From assembly GCA_013239625.1 (NCBI GenBank), contig MU053881.1, positions 16,422,373-16,486,372 on the forward strand: a DNA stretch of 64,000 nt, in the 5' to 3' direction. This document shows, in pieces, positions 26,680-53,144 of the stretch. The stretch is from Lama guanicoe. Taxonomy: Eukaryota. The number at the start of each line of letters is the position of its first letter. Positions within the stretch are counted from its first letter, which is position 1. A model generated the notes under the pieces. It did no database searches. It was not told the origin of the DNA and saw only the letters and a list, made by a program, of their open reading frames with translations. The translations under genes were made by a program, and so were the position numbers.

Positions 26680-26995
26680 CGGGTGTGCTTTGTCAACATT
26701 TCCTCCCAGGTTGAGGCTTGCCTCTTCATTACCAGTGTCATATCTTAATAAACAGATGTTCTTAACTTTGGTGAAGCCCAGTTCATCAGAATTTCTTCTT
26801 GGACAATCGGTGCTTTGGGGCTCCTAAGAAATCTTTTGTCTATACCCGAAGGTTGCAAAGATACTCTCCTGTTTCTTCCAGAAGCCTTAGAGTTTTTGCT
26901 TTCACATTTAGGTCTGTGATTCATTTTGAGTTAATTTTTGAGTATGCTCTGATGCTTGGTGTAAATGGAATCAACAGTATGTATTTTCTGTGACT
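26680..26995 (-). mobile_element. L1 ORF2 fragment, antisense
   Basis: ttcacatttaggtctgtgattcattttgagttaatttttgagtatg. Confidence 0.75.
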
Positions 26996-28021
26996 TTTCT
27001 TCCCCTGTGGTTGGAGTTTCATCTTGTTAATGTAGTTGCAGTGTGCTCGTTTCCAGGGTCTTGAATTTCTCAGTCTGTTCCTTCAATGCTTGGAAGATAT
27101 TAGTGTCATTATAACATGTGACCTCATGACCTGCACCTTTCTGTGTCATCGTATCTGTAAAATGTGATAGTAATAGTACCTTCCCTTTGGGGTTGTGATA
27201 ATTCAACAAAGTAGTGCTATATGGAAACAGACCTTGGTAGAAGAGGGCCGGGCTCATAGCAGGTATCATACAAGGGGCAGAATTGCTTGGTCATGAGATG
27301 TGCACGTGTTCTACTTGATTAGACACAGCCCATGGCTCCCCAGAGTTGGCTGCACCCCAGAACTACCTGGTATTGTCAGATCACATTTCTGCTGGTCAGG
27401 TGTGTATGCAGTGCACCCACTTGTGGGTTCACACTGTATCTCCTGATGACCAAGAGAGCTGAGCACTGCTGCACAGTCTCCTGTTCTGCCCAGTTCCCAT
27501 TTGTGTCTCCCAGCCCAAGTTCTCTGTTCCTGTGGCATTGGTCTCCCACTGTGTAACTTGTGCTCTCCTTATGGTGTCTTTGGATAAACTCTAAAGATCT
27601 TGTTAATGTAACCAAATTGATTGGATTATTATGTATTGATCTTTTAAGCTTGGTGCGTTTTATTTGTTGACTCCTTCAGCTTCCCCCATCTGCAGTCAGA
27701 TAACAGAGTTGAGTGCATCTCCCATATCAAGAGCTGATCTTGTTTCATAATCGGCTGTGAATTTCAGTTGTGTGACAGCCACTGGGGCAGGTGGGCGTAT
27801 ACATGGACAGGCTCATGGTAAACTGTACACCATACACTAGAGAAGGCAGACGGGAGGGTATGCACTGAGTGGCACGTTGGCCCCTGGGAGCAGGTAAGAA
27901 ACTGCATGAAGTGGGGATTTTGGTGATCCTGGCTCCACTGGCTCTTGGGGAGGGAGAGTTCTGGAGCAGGCTGGGACGGGCAGAAGTGCCCAGGGTCTAA
28001 CTAGCGGTTCTTGTTTTGCAG

Positions 28022-28096
28022 ATCCGGAACATGGTGGCGGTGCAGGAGGTCATCTCCAGCCTGGAGAAATACCCCATTACCAAAGAGGCACTAGAG
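28022..28096 (+). CDS. MED26: MED26 exon 2 (75 nt, phase 0-0)
   Basis: Acceptor ttgttttgcag/ATC and donor GAG/gtaagt. Confidence 0.95.
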
Positions 28097-30351
28097 GTAA
28101 GTGTTCCTGGCCCAAGCACTAGGGAGGGCAGTGTGGGAGGGGCCAGGGCTGCTGCAACCTTTCCTGGCTTCTTGGAGCCTCAGAGCCTTTGCTCACTGGC
28201 CAAGTGAGGCCTTAAGAGGAGTGAGTGAGGGGGTGTGCCCTCTTGGCCTTCACTGTGCTAGCCCACAGCACATGCTCCAAGAGCACCATCTTCCCAGGGC
28301 ACTCGTAGGAACTGGGTGGCTTTAGTCCCAGAGCTGGGCCTGCTTTCTCTGCAGGAGGCCCTGCACACTTGGGTGTTTCCAGTACGTGATGCTAGCAAAG
28401 CACCCTTTCAGTGGCTTTGATGATCCACACCCTCCAGGAGCTGGGGACCTGCAGGATGGTGCTCCTGAGAAGGCCACCTGTGGCCCTGGGACCATTAGGC
28501 CTGAGGACTTGGGTTTGAGAATTTAAATGCTACAAAGGACCCAAAATCTCAATAGGTTTTCTGTGTGGGAAGCCAACGGTTTAGGGACAGTGGACCCATT
28601 TCAAAGATACGGGGCCCCTCCCACCATTTCTGGCTCAGCTCCCTTTTTGTGGGATGTCTTTGTCCTACAAGCGTGTCATCGTCTCTCTCTGTTTGTAGGA
28701 GACGCGACTTGGGAAGCTCATCAACGACGTCCGCAAGAAAACGAAGAATGAGGAGCTCGCCAAGCGGGCCAAGAAGCTGCTGCGGAGCTGGCAGAAGCTC
28801 ATCGAGCCTGTGCATCAGAATGAGGCCGCGCTGCGGGGGCTGGCAGGCGCTGCCGGCTCGGCCAACGGGGGTGCCCATAACTGCCGGCCCGAGGCAGGGG
28901 CGGCTGGCCCGCCCAAGAGCATCCACGACCTGAAGAACCGCAACGACATCCAGAGGCTGCCCGGACAGCGGCTGGACAGGCTGGGCAGCCGCAAGCGCCG
29001 AGGGGACCAGCGTGACCTCGGCCACCCTGGACCACCTCCCAAGGTCTCCAAAGCGAGCCATGACTCCCTGGTACCCAACTCATCCCCCCTCCCCACCAAC
29101 GGAATCAGCGGGAGCCCTGAGAGCTTCCCCAGTTCCCTGGACGGCAGCGGGCACGTGGGCCCTGAGGGCAGCCGCCTAGAGCACGGCGAGAACGACAAGC
29201 ACAGTGGCAAGATCCCCGTCAATGCCGTGAGGCCGCACACCAGCTCCCCGGGCCTGGGCAAGCCCCCCGGGCCGTGCCTGCAGACGAAGGCAGCAGTGCT
29301 GCAGCAGCTGGACAGGGTGGACGAGACTCCAGGCCCCCCACACCCCAAGGGGCCGCCTCGCTGCTCTTTCAGTCCCCGGAACTCACGGCACGAGGGCTCC
29401 TTTGCTCGGCAGCGGAGCCCGTACACATACAAGGGCTCCGTGCCCAGCCCCTCGCCTCGGCCCCAATCGCTTGATGTCACGCAGGTGCCATCACCGCTTC
29501 CGCTGGCCCAGCCGTCCACGCCCCCGGTGCGGCGACTGGAGCTGCTGCCCAGTGCAGAGAGCCCTGTGCGCTGGCTGGAGCAGCCTGAGGGCCACCAGCG
29601 GCTCTCAGGGTCGGGCTGCAAGGCGGGGTTGCCCCTGGCGGAGCCCCTCCTGCCCCGGGCAGGCTTCTCCCCGGACTCCTCCAAGGCGGACAGCGATGCT
29701 GCCTCCTCTGGTGGCTCGGACAGCAAAAAGAAGAAGAGGTACCGACCTCGTGACTATACGGTTAACTTGGACGGGCAGGTGGCCGAGGCGGGCGTCAAGC
29801 CTGTCCGGTTAAAAGAGCGGAAGCTCACCTTTGACCCCATGACAAGACAGATCAAACCTCTGACCCAGAAAGAGCCAGTGCGGGCCGACAGCCCTGTGCA
29901 CACGGAGCAGCCCAGGACAGAGCTGGACAAGCCCGAGGCCAAGGCCAGCCTCCAGAGCCCCTTTGAGCAGACGAACTGGAAGGAGCTGTCGCGCAACGAG
30001 ATCATCCAGTCCTACCTGAGCCGGCAGAGCAGCCTGCTCTCGTCGTCGGGCGCGCAGACCCCGGGGGCTCACCACTTCATGTCTGAGTACCTGAAGCAGG
30101 AGGAGAGCACTCGGCGAGGGGCCCGGAAGCCGCACGTGCTGGTGCCTCACGGTCCACCCGCTGACCTCCCAGGGCTGAGCCGTGAGGTCACACAGGATGA
30201 TCTGGACAGAATCCAGGCCCACCAGTGGCCAGGGGTGAACGGGTGTCAGGACACACAGGGTAACTGGTATGACTGGACACAGTGCATATCGCTCGACCCG
30301 CACGGCGACGACGGGCGGTTGAACATTCTGCCTTATGTCTGCTTGGACTGA
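28022..30351 (+). CDS. MED26: Mediator subunit 26, 5'-partial; join(28022..28096,28699..30351); exon 1 outside the window
   Basis: Spliced translation IRNMVAVQEVISSLEKYPITKEALE/ETRLGKLINDVRKKTKNEELAKRAKKLLRSWQKLIEP (TFIIS-N-like domain) through to the C-terminus GNWYDWTQCISLDPHGDDGRLNILPYVCLD, recognised as MED26. Canonical GT-AG junctions. Confidence 0.97.
28699..30351 (+). CDS. MED26: MED26 exon 3 coding part (550 aa + TGA)
   Basis: Acceptor ctctctgtttgtag/GAG, in frame with the ORF-track ORF 28810..30351. Confidence 0.97.
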   Translation, partial: ETRLGKLINDVRKKTKNEELAKRAKKLLRSWQKLIEPVHQNEAALRGLAGAAGSANGGAHNCRPEAGAAGPPKSIHDLKNRNDIQRLPGQRLDRLGSRKRRGDQRDLGHPGPPPKVSKASHDSLVPNSSPLPTNGISGSPESFPSSLDGSGHVGPEGSRLEHGENDKHSGKIPVNAVRPHTSSPGLGKPPGPCLQTKAAVLQQLDRVDETPGPPHPKGPPRCSFSPRNSRHEGSFARQRSPYTYKGSVPSPSPRPQSLDVTQVPSPLPLAQPSTPPVRRLELLPSAESPVRWLEQPEGHQRLSGSGCKAGLPLAEPLLPRAGFSPDSSKADSDAASSGGSDSKKKKRYRPRDYTVNLDGQVAEAGVKPVRLKERKLTFDPMTRQIKPLTQKEPVRADSPVHTEQPRTELDKPEAKASLQSPFEQTNWKELSRNEIIQSYLSRQSSLLSSSGAQTPGAHHFMSEYLKQEESTRRGARKPHVLVPHGPPADLPGLSREVTQDDLDRIQAHQWPGVNGCQDTQGNWYDWTQCISLDPHGDDGRLNILPYVCLD

Positions 30352-31426
30352 CCGGCCTGTCGGTCTCTAAGTGCATTCCCACCTCACAGTCAGCCGTGGA
30401 GGGCGGGCAGACGGGCGGGTGGGCGGCCGGCCGGCTAGGGCCCAGCCGCCTCCAGTGGTTGGGAATCCAGGGAGTCCGGCCCGGGGCAGGAGGGAGGGGG
30501 CGAGAGTCTCTAGGTCTCTCCGTGCTCTTCCCTCAAAATTCTCCTTCTTTTGTGAAATGCTGCTACCAGTTTACTAACAAAATTGCAAAGGAAGGACCGC
30601 GTGAAGGAAGGCCAGCAAAGTGAGTTCAGAACTCTATAGCAAACCAGCTATAAAAAGTGAGAGTCCCCCACCCCTGAAGAGGTGCGGACATTTCCCAGCC
30701 CCCGTGAGCTGGGACCTCAGTTGCAGGCAGGCACAGAAAACCTGTGGGAGAGGTTACCTTTAACACAGCAGCAGAAGCACGCATCTCATCTCTTTGCATT
30801 TTCTGTTTTTTAACATGGCCCTGAGTGTTTGAGGCAGTGGGCACAGAGGTTTGCACCCCTCCTGGCCAGCTTTTCCATCACGGTGCCAGAAGCTTCTTAG
30901 CTGTAGTGAACTGCTGGCATCAGGCAGGCCAACTGGCCAGCCCGTTTGACCCACACTTCATGGGCATCCACACATTTGTATCTGGTTTCAGTTAAAACCC
31001 AGTTTTTGAAGAAATGCTGCAAAAATTTAAGTTTTCTAGAGTTTATTTTACCCTCCTCTTTCATCTGACTACCAGATGAGTAAGTTTCCTTTGTTTTCCC
31101 CTCTTCATTTTCCCCTTCCTGCAGATATCTAGAAAAGTTCACCTTTCTAGAGTCCCCTCCCAAAAAAAAACACAAAAGTAACTGCGGGTGCTACTGGTGT
31201 GTAAGCTGTACTGTTGGGCGAGAGGAGACCTGTCTGTACGCTGGAAACACTCATAACCATTCCTTTAGATTCGTTTGCCTTATGGTTATTTGTCATAAAC
31301 GCGATTTGCAAAAACAAGGAGCCTTAGTGAATGTACAGTACCTAGACTTCTGTGTTCTCAGGACGCAGAAGGGAGCAACTTTGCTATTTGGTCCAGTAAG
31401 TGGACACCTTGTGATATAAATGTGGA

Positions 31427-31432
31427 AATAAA
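31427..31432 (+). terminator. Probable MED26 polyadenylation signal AATAAA
   Basis: About 1.08 kb after the stop, with a U/GU-rich stretch (ttgtttttaatttggt) ~35 nt downstream. Confidence 0.7.
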
Positions 31433-33730
31433 AAAAAAACCATTTGCACAAACCAGTCTGAGAATTGTTTTTAATTTGGTCCTCTACAGCCAAATCAGCC
31501 CCTTTGGATTTTGGATTAGCCAAGAAGACCTGGACCCCCTGCCCAATGTTTGGGCCCCATAGCTAGCCAGACCGTGGGGAAGTGGGCAGGGCAAAGTCAC
31601 CAAGTCAGTCTATTAGCCTTCTGCGTTTAAGTTCACCTCCACCTTGCCTTTCATTCATTCAGGACACAATGCCTCCCACCTCTGGGGTCACCTGCTAGCT
31701 TTGGGTGACAGAGACCAAGGGGCCACGTCAAGGAATGTTATCCTGTATCCACCCAGACCTCACCTTCCCCAGAAAGAGAAGCCCTCCCAAGCAGGCTCAG
31801 TGACCCATGTCTCAGCGACCTTGTCATACCTCCTAATATATTTTTAGTTACTACATGGCATAACTTGGCAACCCGCCCCTTAGCCCCGGCCGCAGGCTGT
31901 CAGCTCCCCATGCAGGCCTGGGGCTGTCTTAGTATCTAGCTGGGGCTGACTTAAAAAAAAAAACAAAAAACTCCCTTGACTGTAATGTTATCATCTTTTC
32001 ACTCTTCTCCCTCGTCCCTGAAACCATAAGCTAAGACTTTGGCTTTCTAGTGTTTTCACTCTGGAATAGGTCATCTTGTCCATGTCTGCTTAATTTCACA
32101 GATTGAAGAAGCAACTACCCCTTCAGAGGGGCAACCCCACAGGGCAAACCAAGGGATCCAGGAACATTCAGTCAACCCAGAATCACAGTTTCAAAGCCAG
32201 TGGGGATTTCTGACATAGCCTTGCTGCAGGACACACCATCTCCTAGAAAGAGTGAAGTGGCTTTAAGGGCAGTCTGAGGTTGAACGGTGCCCCTGCCATC
32301 TACCAGCTGTATGACTCTGGGCTAATTACTTTAATCCTATGCACTTATCCCAATTTCGGAGATGTAAGCGCTACCCCAGAGTCAAAGTTAAATGATCAAA
32401 TTTTTTAAAAAATGTCAGCCAGACCATCTGTGCTGTGGAGTAGAAACTAGTTTCCTAACTCCACTGTGACTGTTTTCTCACTTGTAATGTGGCTGGCTGG
32501 TGGGTGGGTGTCCCAAGGAAATGACATTACTTTGTGACACTGTGACAAAGGGTCACAGGCACCGCTGGAAGATATCAGGGTGCAGGTTGGTGTTCTATGA
32601 GCATCTCCTTTTCAGAGACCTGGGTTTTGGGGCAGGTTACTGCTCCCCTGTCCCCTGCAGGGACCACCTCTCCTGTGTCTAGTAAGCCCTAGCGTACAGA
32701 TATTGTCTGCCTTTGAGAACACAAGGTTAAGCTGAGACTTCCCCCCAACATTTTGGGGATCAAGTTGGGTTGCCGCTTTTTAATTTGCCAAATAAGGACA
32801 CGGTAGAAGGGAATTTTTTAACACTCCCTATTTTCCCAAAAGCGGTAAGTACGTGATTTTTCAAACAAAGCCCTTTATGTATAAGATGATCTTGCCGAAA
32901 ACACCGTCTTGTTTTCCTCGGTCGCGGCCTGGGGCGGCTCTATCCCCTCTCCTGCAGAACCCTAGAGACCGGTGCCCTAAGAGACTGCCGTTATCACGGC
33001 TCCCAGATTGGCCGAAGGACCTCAGCCACGTCGCTTCCCTTCTCTGGGCTTCGGTACGTCGTTCTGTGAAACGAAGATGGTAAAACCTACCGTACAGTGC
33101 TCGTGGTGGTGGTGTGGTGGTGAATGTGCTCCCGAGGGCTCTGGGCTGGCTCCTCTGTTGGAGTCCGGCCAAGGGAGTTCGCTCCCGGTTTGCAGAAAGA
33201 ATTTAGCCCATGGAGAAGTTTTCACAATTCGATTTCTCTCTCTGAAAGGCCTGGTCTTTCATCTTCGGTGTCCGCCGCTGGCCGTCAGGAATCTGGCTGG
33301 AGGATGTCGACGCAGCGCGGACATCGAGGTTTGACCTGCGAGCTCGATCGCCCGCTCCAGACGCCGACGTGGCGGGGCCCTATCTCTCCCGCCCGCTCTT
33401 CCTGCTTACGCTCTGTGCTCTGGGCTCCGGGCTCCGGCCCCTGGCCCTCCGGGCCAGCCCACGGCTGGGGGAATACCTGCTAGACTCCGGGTCCCCGCTT
33501 CTTTCTTCCGTTTCCGGGATAGGCCCCGCCCCCACAGGAACCCACTCGTAGCTGGGCAGGGCCTTTGCGGGCTACGTGGTGGCGAGCGCGTCGGCCGGCG
33601 CGCATCGGTGACGAAAGCGGCGGTGGCCAATGGAGAGCGGCAGTGGCCCGAGTGCCCGCCTCCGTCCGGCCCCGCCCCCGCCCGGCGTCGGGCCGTCGGA
33701 CGGGCGGGAAGGGGCGGCCGCTCAGGAAGG

Positions 33731-47280
<13,550 letters not shown>

Positions 47281-50135
47281 AGTCTGGAAGAGTGGGCAGG
47301 ACGTTCTGCCACTCCCCCCACCCTGCCGCCCCCCAGCAGTACCAGAAACTTCTGACCACTGGTGAATGTACAGTGCAGCTGAGGGGCACGATGCGTCCCC
47401 ATCAGAAGGCCAGCAGGACGCCGTCCCTGCAGCGGGGCCCACGCCCTGGAGCTCCGGCGCTTCCTGCCCTCTTTTCCTGGAGTCTGTCTGCCGAGGGCTG
47501 GGTCGCTACAGAAATCTCAGCCAGATCTTACTTTTCTGTGTGGACTTCTTCCCTAAGCCGTGTTTTTCAGAGTTCTTGTTCTGCTTTCCAGGTAACATCC
47601 AGGACCCTCTCTGGAAAGGATACAGACCTTGGAGCGGGCAAGAGGTGGTTTGCGGGGAGGGCGGCAAGGAGAGGACCGTCGGGTGGTGCTTGAGAGTGAC
47701 AGCCCAGCCGCTTTAATTCCACTGCTCAGGTAGGCGTAGGACTGATGCAGGCGTGGAGCAGAGGAGCACGAGTTACTTACAGCCTCTCCTGCCACAACGA
47801 TGGACCCCGTCTTCTGGTCAGCCCCATGGCCATTTGCAGCTACTGGCCAGTTCCATGGTGCAAAGCTATCACATTTAGCATTGAATTTTCAGAGCCTGAT
47901 TCTCTGACCTGCGAGCAGAGGTGGTGTGTGCCCGGATCCAGAGGGAAGGGCGATCGCTGTCTCCTGGGCTCCCTCTTCCCTGGCCAGAATGGGGGCGTCT
48001 CCCTTCTCGGGGCATCCAGGAGGAGGGGATGCGGGGCTGTGAGAAGGATCATTAGGAAATCACGTTCAGTGTTTCAAGCTCAGTTTCTGGAGTACTCGTG
48101 TTTTCTGATGAGTCTTCACCACTCTGTGCTGACCTGGTAAGATGTCTGGGAAGGAGGTGTTGGTTTTCTGAGCACCTTGCTTTTCTCTAGGGAGTATTTT
48201 GTAGTTGTGTGTTTTTATGCCTCAGTCCCCCTTAGGGGATGCAGGACACATGAGGACTGGCTTATGGTTAGGGAACTCTTTTGTTTTTAAAGTTTTAAAA
48301 CCAAGGAAAGTTGTTGGCGATGCCTGTCTTGACACATTTCTGCATTTAGTAGGAAGCCGTGAAGTGTTTTGAAGCGCTTTTCTGGTGACCACAATCTCTG
48401 AAAGTGACATGAATCAAGAGCATCAGCTTGATGGTTTGGGTAAGAGGTGAGAGCTTAGCACTTTGATCCCATGGGCTGTTCTTGCGGTTTCCGTTAGGAT
48501 CTGAATCATGTCCCGGCAAAGGGGCAGCCACCAAGGTAGGATTCGGTTCACCAAATCAGCCTTTGGTCAAGAAGAAGTTTGGGTTTTGACAGAATCATGT
48601 TCTCAGAAAGGTTATGTGACCCCAGCAGGTCCTGTGTGCTGAGGTCCAGGCTGGGATGCCCGGCATCATGAGAGCCTGTGCCCTTTTGGAGGGGACCACT
48701 GCCTGGGCTGGTGGGGTCTTTGCTGACGGCTGCCTCACTCCCTCAGCACTGTCCCAGACTCTCCAGCAGGCACTTGGAGTGATCAGCAGACGGGACCGCA
48801 GGTCACCCTTTACCTTCTGGCACATGAGACGGTTCTCCATTCCAAGAGGAAGTACTGTAGATTATGCTGGACTCCTGTTTGTTTTTGATAATTGGAGTTT
48901 TGTCTTTAGAGGTTATGTTTTGTCAGCTTATGAATGGGCAGTGCCTGGAGAAGTCACAGGGTGCCCTCTGGCCTGAGTTCTGTACCACTGGCCTCAGGAG
49001 TCCCTGTTACAGTTTGGCATCAGCTTGCTTTTTAATTACTTTGGCCCCAAGTTCTGAGACAAGGCTGTGTCAAACAGGAAGGAGCCGTCCTGCAGGGTGT
49101 TGTTTGTGCAAAGAACTTGCTGAGGGCCTTCACCAGAGGCAGCAGGGCCCGCAGTTGAACCACACTAAACGGGGATAATCCTGCATGGCTAAGACGTTAC
49201 AGTAGTTGTCTCTATGATGGTAATAACTGATTCCTTGAACGTATAATTGAACTCCAAAATGAATCATGCCTCTCAGAAGGTTTAATGGAATTTCTCAAGT
49301 TGCTGAAATTTGCTTATTAACTTGCTTTCCTTTTTCAATGAAAGGTCTGCTGGTGAAGGGAAATATCTGACTGGTTTTATTATGGTTTATAAATTAAACG
49401 AGTGGAATATTTAATTCTGTACATATATCTACAGTGACCACACACACTGGAATGAGAGAGACAATCATTAGACCAAATCCATCAGATCAAAAGACAAAGA
49501 TGTACTTTTGAGACCTGAAAGTTCAGAGCTGACATTGACCTGTTGAAGGCCAGTTTTCCAGCCACTTGCTGCCCTGGCTCAACCCCTCCACCCCACGCCC
49601 ACATCCGCGTTTGCAGCTCTGCTCTCCTCTCCCTCCTCACTGCTGGGGTTTGTGACAGTGAATTTTGTTCACCCATCCGTGGTATGGTCTGCAAAAACAA
49701 ACTCCAGCCCAACTCCTTCATTTTACAGAAGGGCAAACTGAGGCTCAGAGGACATTTTAAAATAGTGTTTGTTCACTATTTTGAGACTCAGTGTGGAATT
49801 TTTAAGCACCTTATTTTAAGTCATTCATTACCAGGAAAATCAAACCCCTGTTACAAAGGAGAGAAGCCAAATATGTTCAAATGAAGAAGCACTTGGAATT
49901 TCTGAATTTTGCTGTGTATTTGGCATACTTCAATGCAACAGGCCCTGTTATCGCTGGGACATAACCATCCTGGATACCTTAAGGCCTAACAGCCTTAAGG
50001 GCATAGAACATTAAATTATTGAAGAATCTGAACATTGTGAATTCTTTTTTTCAACTGTTACCTTCAAGACTTTTAATGCTATAGACTGTTCTGTGGGAAT
50101 GATACTGTGTATATTCATGGATGGCATTTACCAAA

Positions 50136-50141
50136 AATAAA
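50136..50141 (+). terminator. Candidate SLC35E1 polyadenylation signal AATAAA (alternatives: ATTAAA 49393, AATAAA 50458)
   Basis: Hexamer at the end of an AU-rich, repeat-poor stretch following exon 6. Confidence 0.55.
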
Positions 50142-53100
50142 TGATGGTCTCCAGGGAATCAGGATCGGTCCCAGTTTGTCAGTGAGGGTCTCTCTCTGAG
50201 TGACCCAGTGTGCCCAGCAGCAAAACGTGTAAGAGGCAGAAAGAGCAAACCAGTTTGTTTCTCACATCCAGCTGTGTTGCAACCTTTTTATTTTTTTCTG
50301 AGCCAAAATTGAGTCATGAGATTTGTGAATTTATGAGACAGCAGGATAAAACTAGGAACCACAGCTTAACAGTTAATGACATGCCTTTATTGAATAGAAT
50401 AACATGGAAAATCCAAGAATGTAGTGACAGCAGTGCTTACGAAGCATCTTTATGAGGAATAAACAGGTAACACCAAGTACCTGCCTGTGGGCTTTTGCAC
50501 ATAATCCTTATAATCCCTTTGCCTCGATTTTATTAGCCTTATTTTTCAGATGAAAATGAGGCCCTACGAGGTTAAGTCATTTGTCTGGAATCACACAGCT
50601 ACTGAAGTCTGCCTTCTAAGCCCATTTTCTCCCATATTCAGAAACTATCCCCAACAGAGAATTTCCTTCAATCACAGTTGAGGGGTATGAGTTTCTTCTA
50701 AAACAAGTGCCCACATCCTTTTAATTTGTAATCTTTTGTTCAGTGATTTACTGAGTACTTAGTGTGTGCCAAGTACAGGAAGCTGAGATACACAAGCCTC
50801 CTACCCTCAGAGCACTCAGCTTAATTTATGGATATGTAATGAAGTAGCACACAGGTGCTATGTTAGAGGGTGGTGAAAAAATGCTAAAGAAAGTACAGGG
50901 TAATTATTTAAAGGGCATATGGGAATGTTTGGGCTTGCATTTTCAGTTCACAGAATATTGCATTTGCACATTTTATATTATACATGTCTTGTTTAACTAT
51001 CAGGATCCAAGAGGGAGGTATCAGCTCCCCTGTACAGTGGGAAGTGGCAGCAGAGAAAGTCAAGCTTGGCCCATGGAGCAGGCCTGGAACCTGAGTGTCT
51101 GTCTCTAAGCCCTCTGCCTGCAGAGTAGCCTCAATCAAGTGAGCTGTTCTGTTTTCCCTCACCTTTGTCACATACTCCTAAGGAGCCGGTGTGATCAAAG
51201 GTATATCCTTTCATTGCACTCGCTGGGCCATGCTGCTACAGTAAGGCCCCAAAGGAGCCCTTATGTCCAGATGACCCAAGTAGCTTTGCAGTCATCTGCT
51301 GCAGTTCCAACAGGGCCTTGAGAGGCTCTGCCCAGGATGCTGTCACCCATGAGTCAGGCAGGACCAGGACTAGGGATGGCCCCATTGCTCAGACGCAGAA
51401 CCTGAACCCCCTCAGGGATGTCCCCTCCCAGACACTGGAACCCTCCTCTTTTGTCTCCCCAGGGCAGCTCCTCTGTGACCAGAGGTTCGTTGGGTGACAT
51501 GTAATCAGGCCCAAGGAATGCTCATTGCCTAGGACAGGACCAGACCTTTTCTGTTCCCATAAGACATTCCTCCTGCCATGGCTTCAGCTAGTTGACCACA
51601 CGGGGTCCAGTTACTACGGGAGACGAGGCAACAGTCACACCAAAGCTTGGGCCTAGATTTACTCAGTCACCCACTGTGTTTTTGATAACTTTTATTGTCT
51701 GTCTATTTTTTACGTTTGAAAAAAATTATTAAAGCCAAAAAATTACTTACAGTATACAGAGGTCAAAAAGAGCAGGACAGAATGACTTCCAAAATGCATC
51801 ACTGATAAATAAAGGTGCTTGTGAATATAGTTTATCTCTGAAAAGATACACAAGAATCTGGACATAACAGTTGCCTCTGGGGAGGGTAATATACACTTCA
51901 TTCAAAACTGGCATATTGTACGTATTATTTTGTAATCTGCTTTTTTAAAAAAATACTAGAAACATTTCCCCATGTTATTAAACATTCTCCCCTTGATTTT
52001 GTGTCTGTGTACATGGTATTATAGGATGTGCTATAATTAACCAACCCCCATTGCTGCTCGTTAATGACTATTTTAATGGGATAAGTTTGCAGTGCACAGT
52101 GTAGCACACACTCCTGATTTGGGGTAAATCCCTCACAGCACACGTGCAGGACCAAAGTGGGTATACGTATGGTTTTTAAATTCTTTCCCATTTTGCTTCT
52201 TAGGTGGGTCCCCTCAGCAAGTTCATCTCACCAAGGGGTGTGCATTACACTTGTTGACTTAAGAGTTTTGTTTCCAGGTCCTGGGAGACAGACCACCTCT
52301 GCCACAGCCTCTACGTCTAGCAGCTCTCTCTACTGCTTTCTTCTGACCGCTGCATTCTGACGTGGCCCACTGAAACGGGCCTGGGCGAAGCCCTGTGCGG
52401 CTTAAATCTGCAGTCTCAAACAGCATTTTAAACACTGAAATGAATGTATGATAGCAGTGACCATGGGTGGACTACCTGTCTGAGGGCCAGTTGCTGATAC
52501 TGCTTTGACTCAGCACAAGACCTAGGTATACACTAAAACTTTTAATAGTGGTCTAAAAGTGGAAGCAACCCAAGGGACTCCATCGAGTCTGGCTTCAATA
52601 AATTACAGTAAATCCACACCACACTGTCCTATGCAGTCATTAAAAAATGACCATACAAATTTTTAACGTGTTTTGGTTCCCAGATTCTGTCAAAAATTTG
52701 ATAAGTGCTGTCTATCTTCAACTCACAAAAGTGCACAATTTTGACAATATTGTGCTATGTATCTCTGAAGTCCATCCATGGTGGATCACAGGTTAAGGCT
52801 TCTTGATACACATCTCGACTGGCATGGAAAAATTACACTACCCAGATTACTGAGCATTATACTAAACAGAGCGGTCCCCTGATACTCCCTCTGGCTGGAC
52901 GGTTCCCATGCCTCTTACGTGGGCTCTCAGTGCAAACCTCACCTCTCAAGGGCCTTCTCAGATAACCCTATCAGTGTAGACACGGCCCTCCTCCCTTATC
53001 AAGGTCTCAGCACCCTTCTGTCTTCCTTGGTTAACACCTTTGAGATGATATATATGTTAACTGATTTATGGGTCTCTGCCTACCCAGACTGTGGTGTGGG

Positions 53101-53144
53101 CTCATGAGAGCTCAGGTCTGACTTGTCCATTGTTTTCCACAAGC

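Noticed and set aside
28815..29726. 303-aa antisense ORF over MED26 exon 3 (and other overlapping ORFs there)
   Set aside because: Shadow of GC-rich codon usage on the opposite strand; low-complexity product with no independent gene signals.
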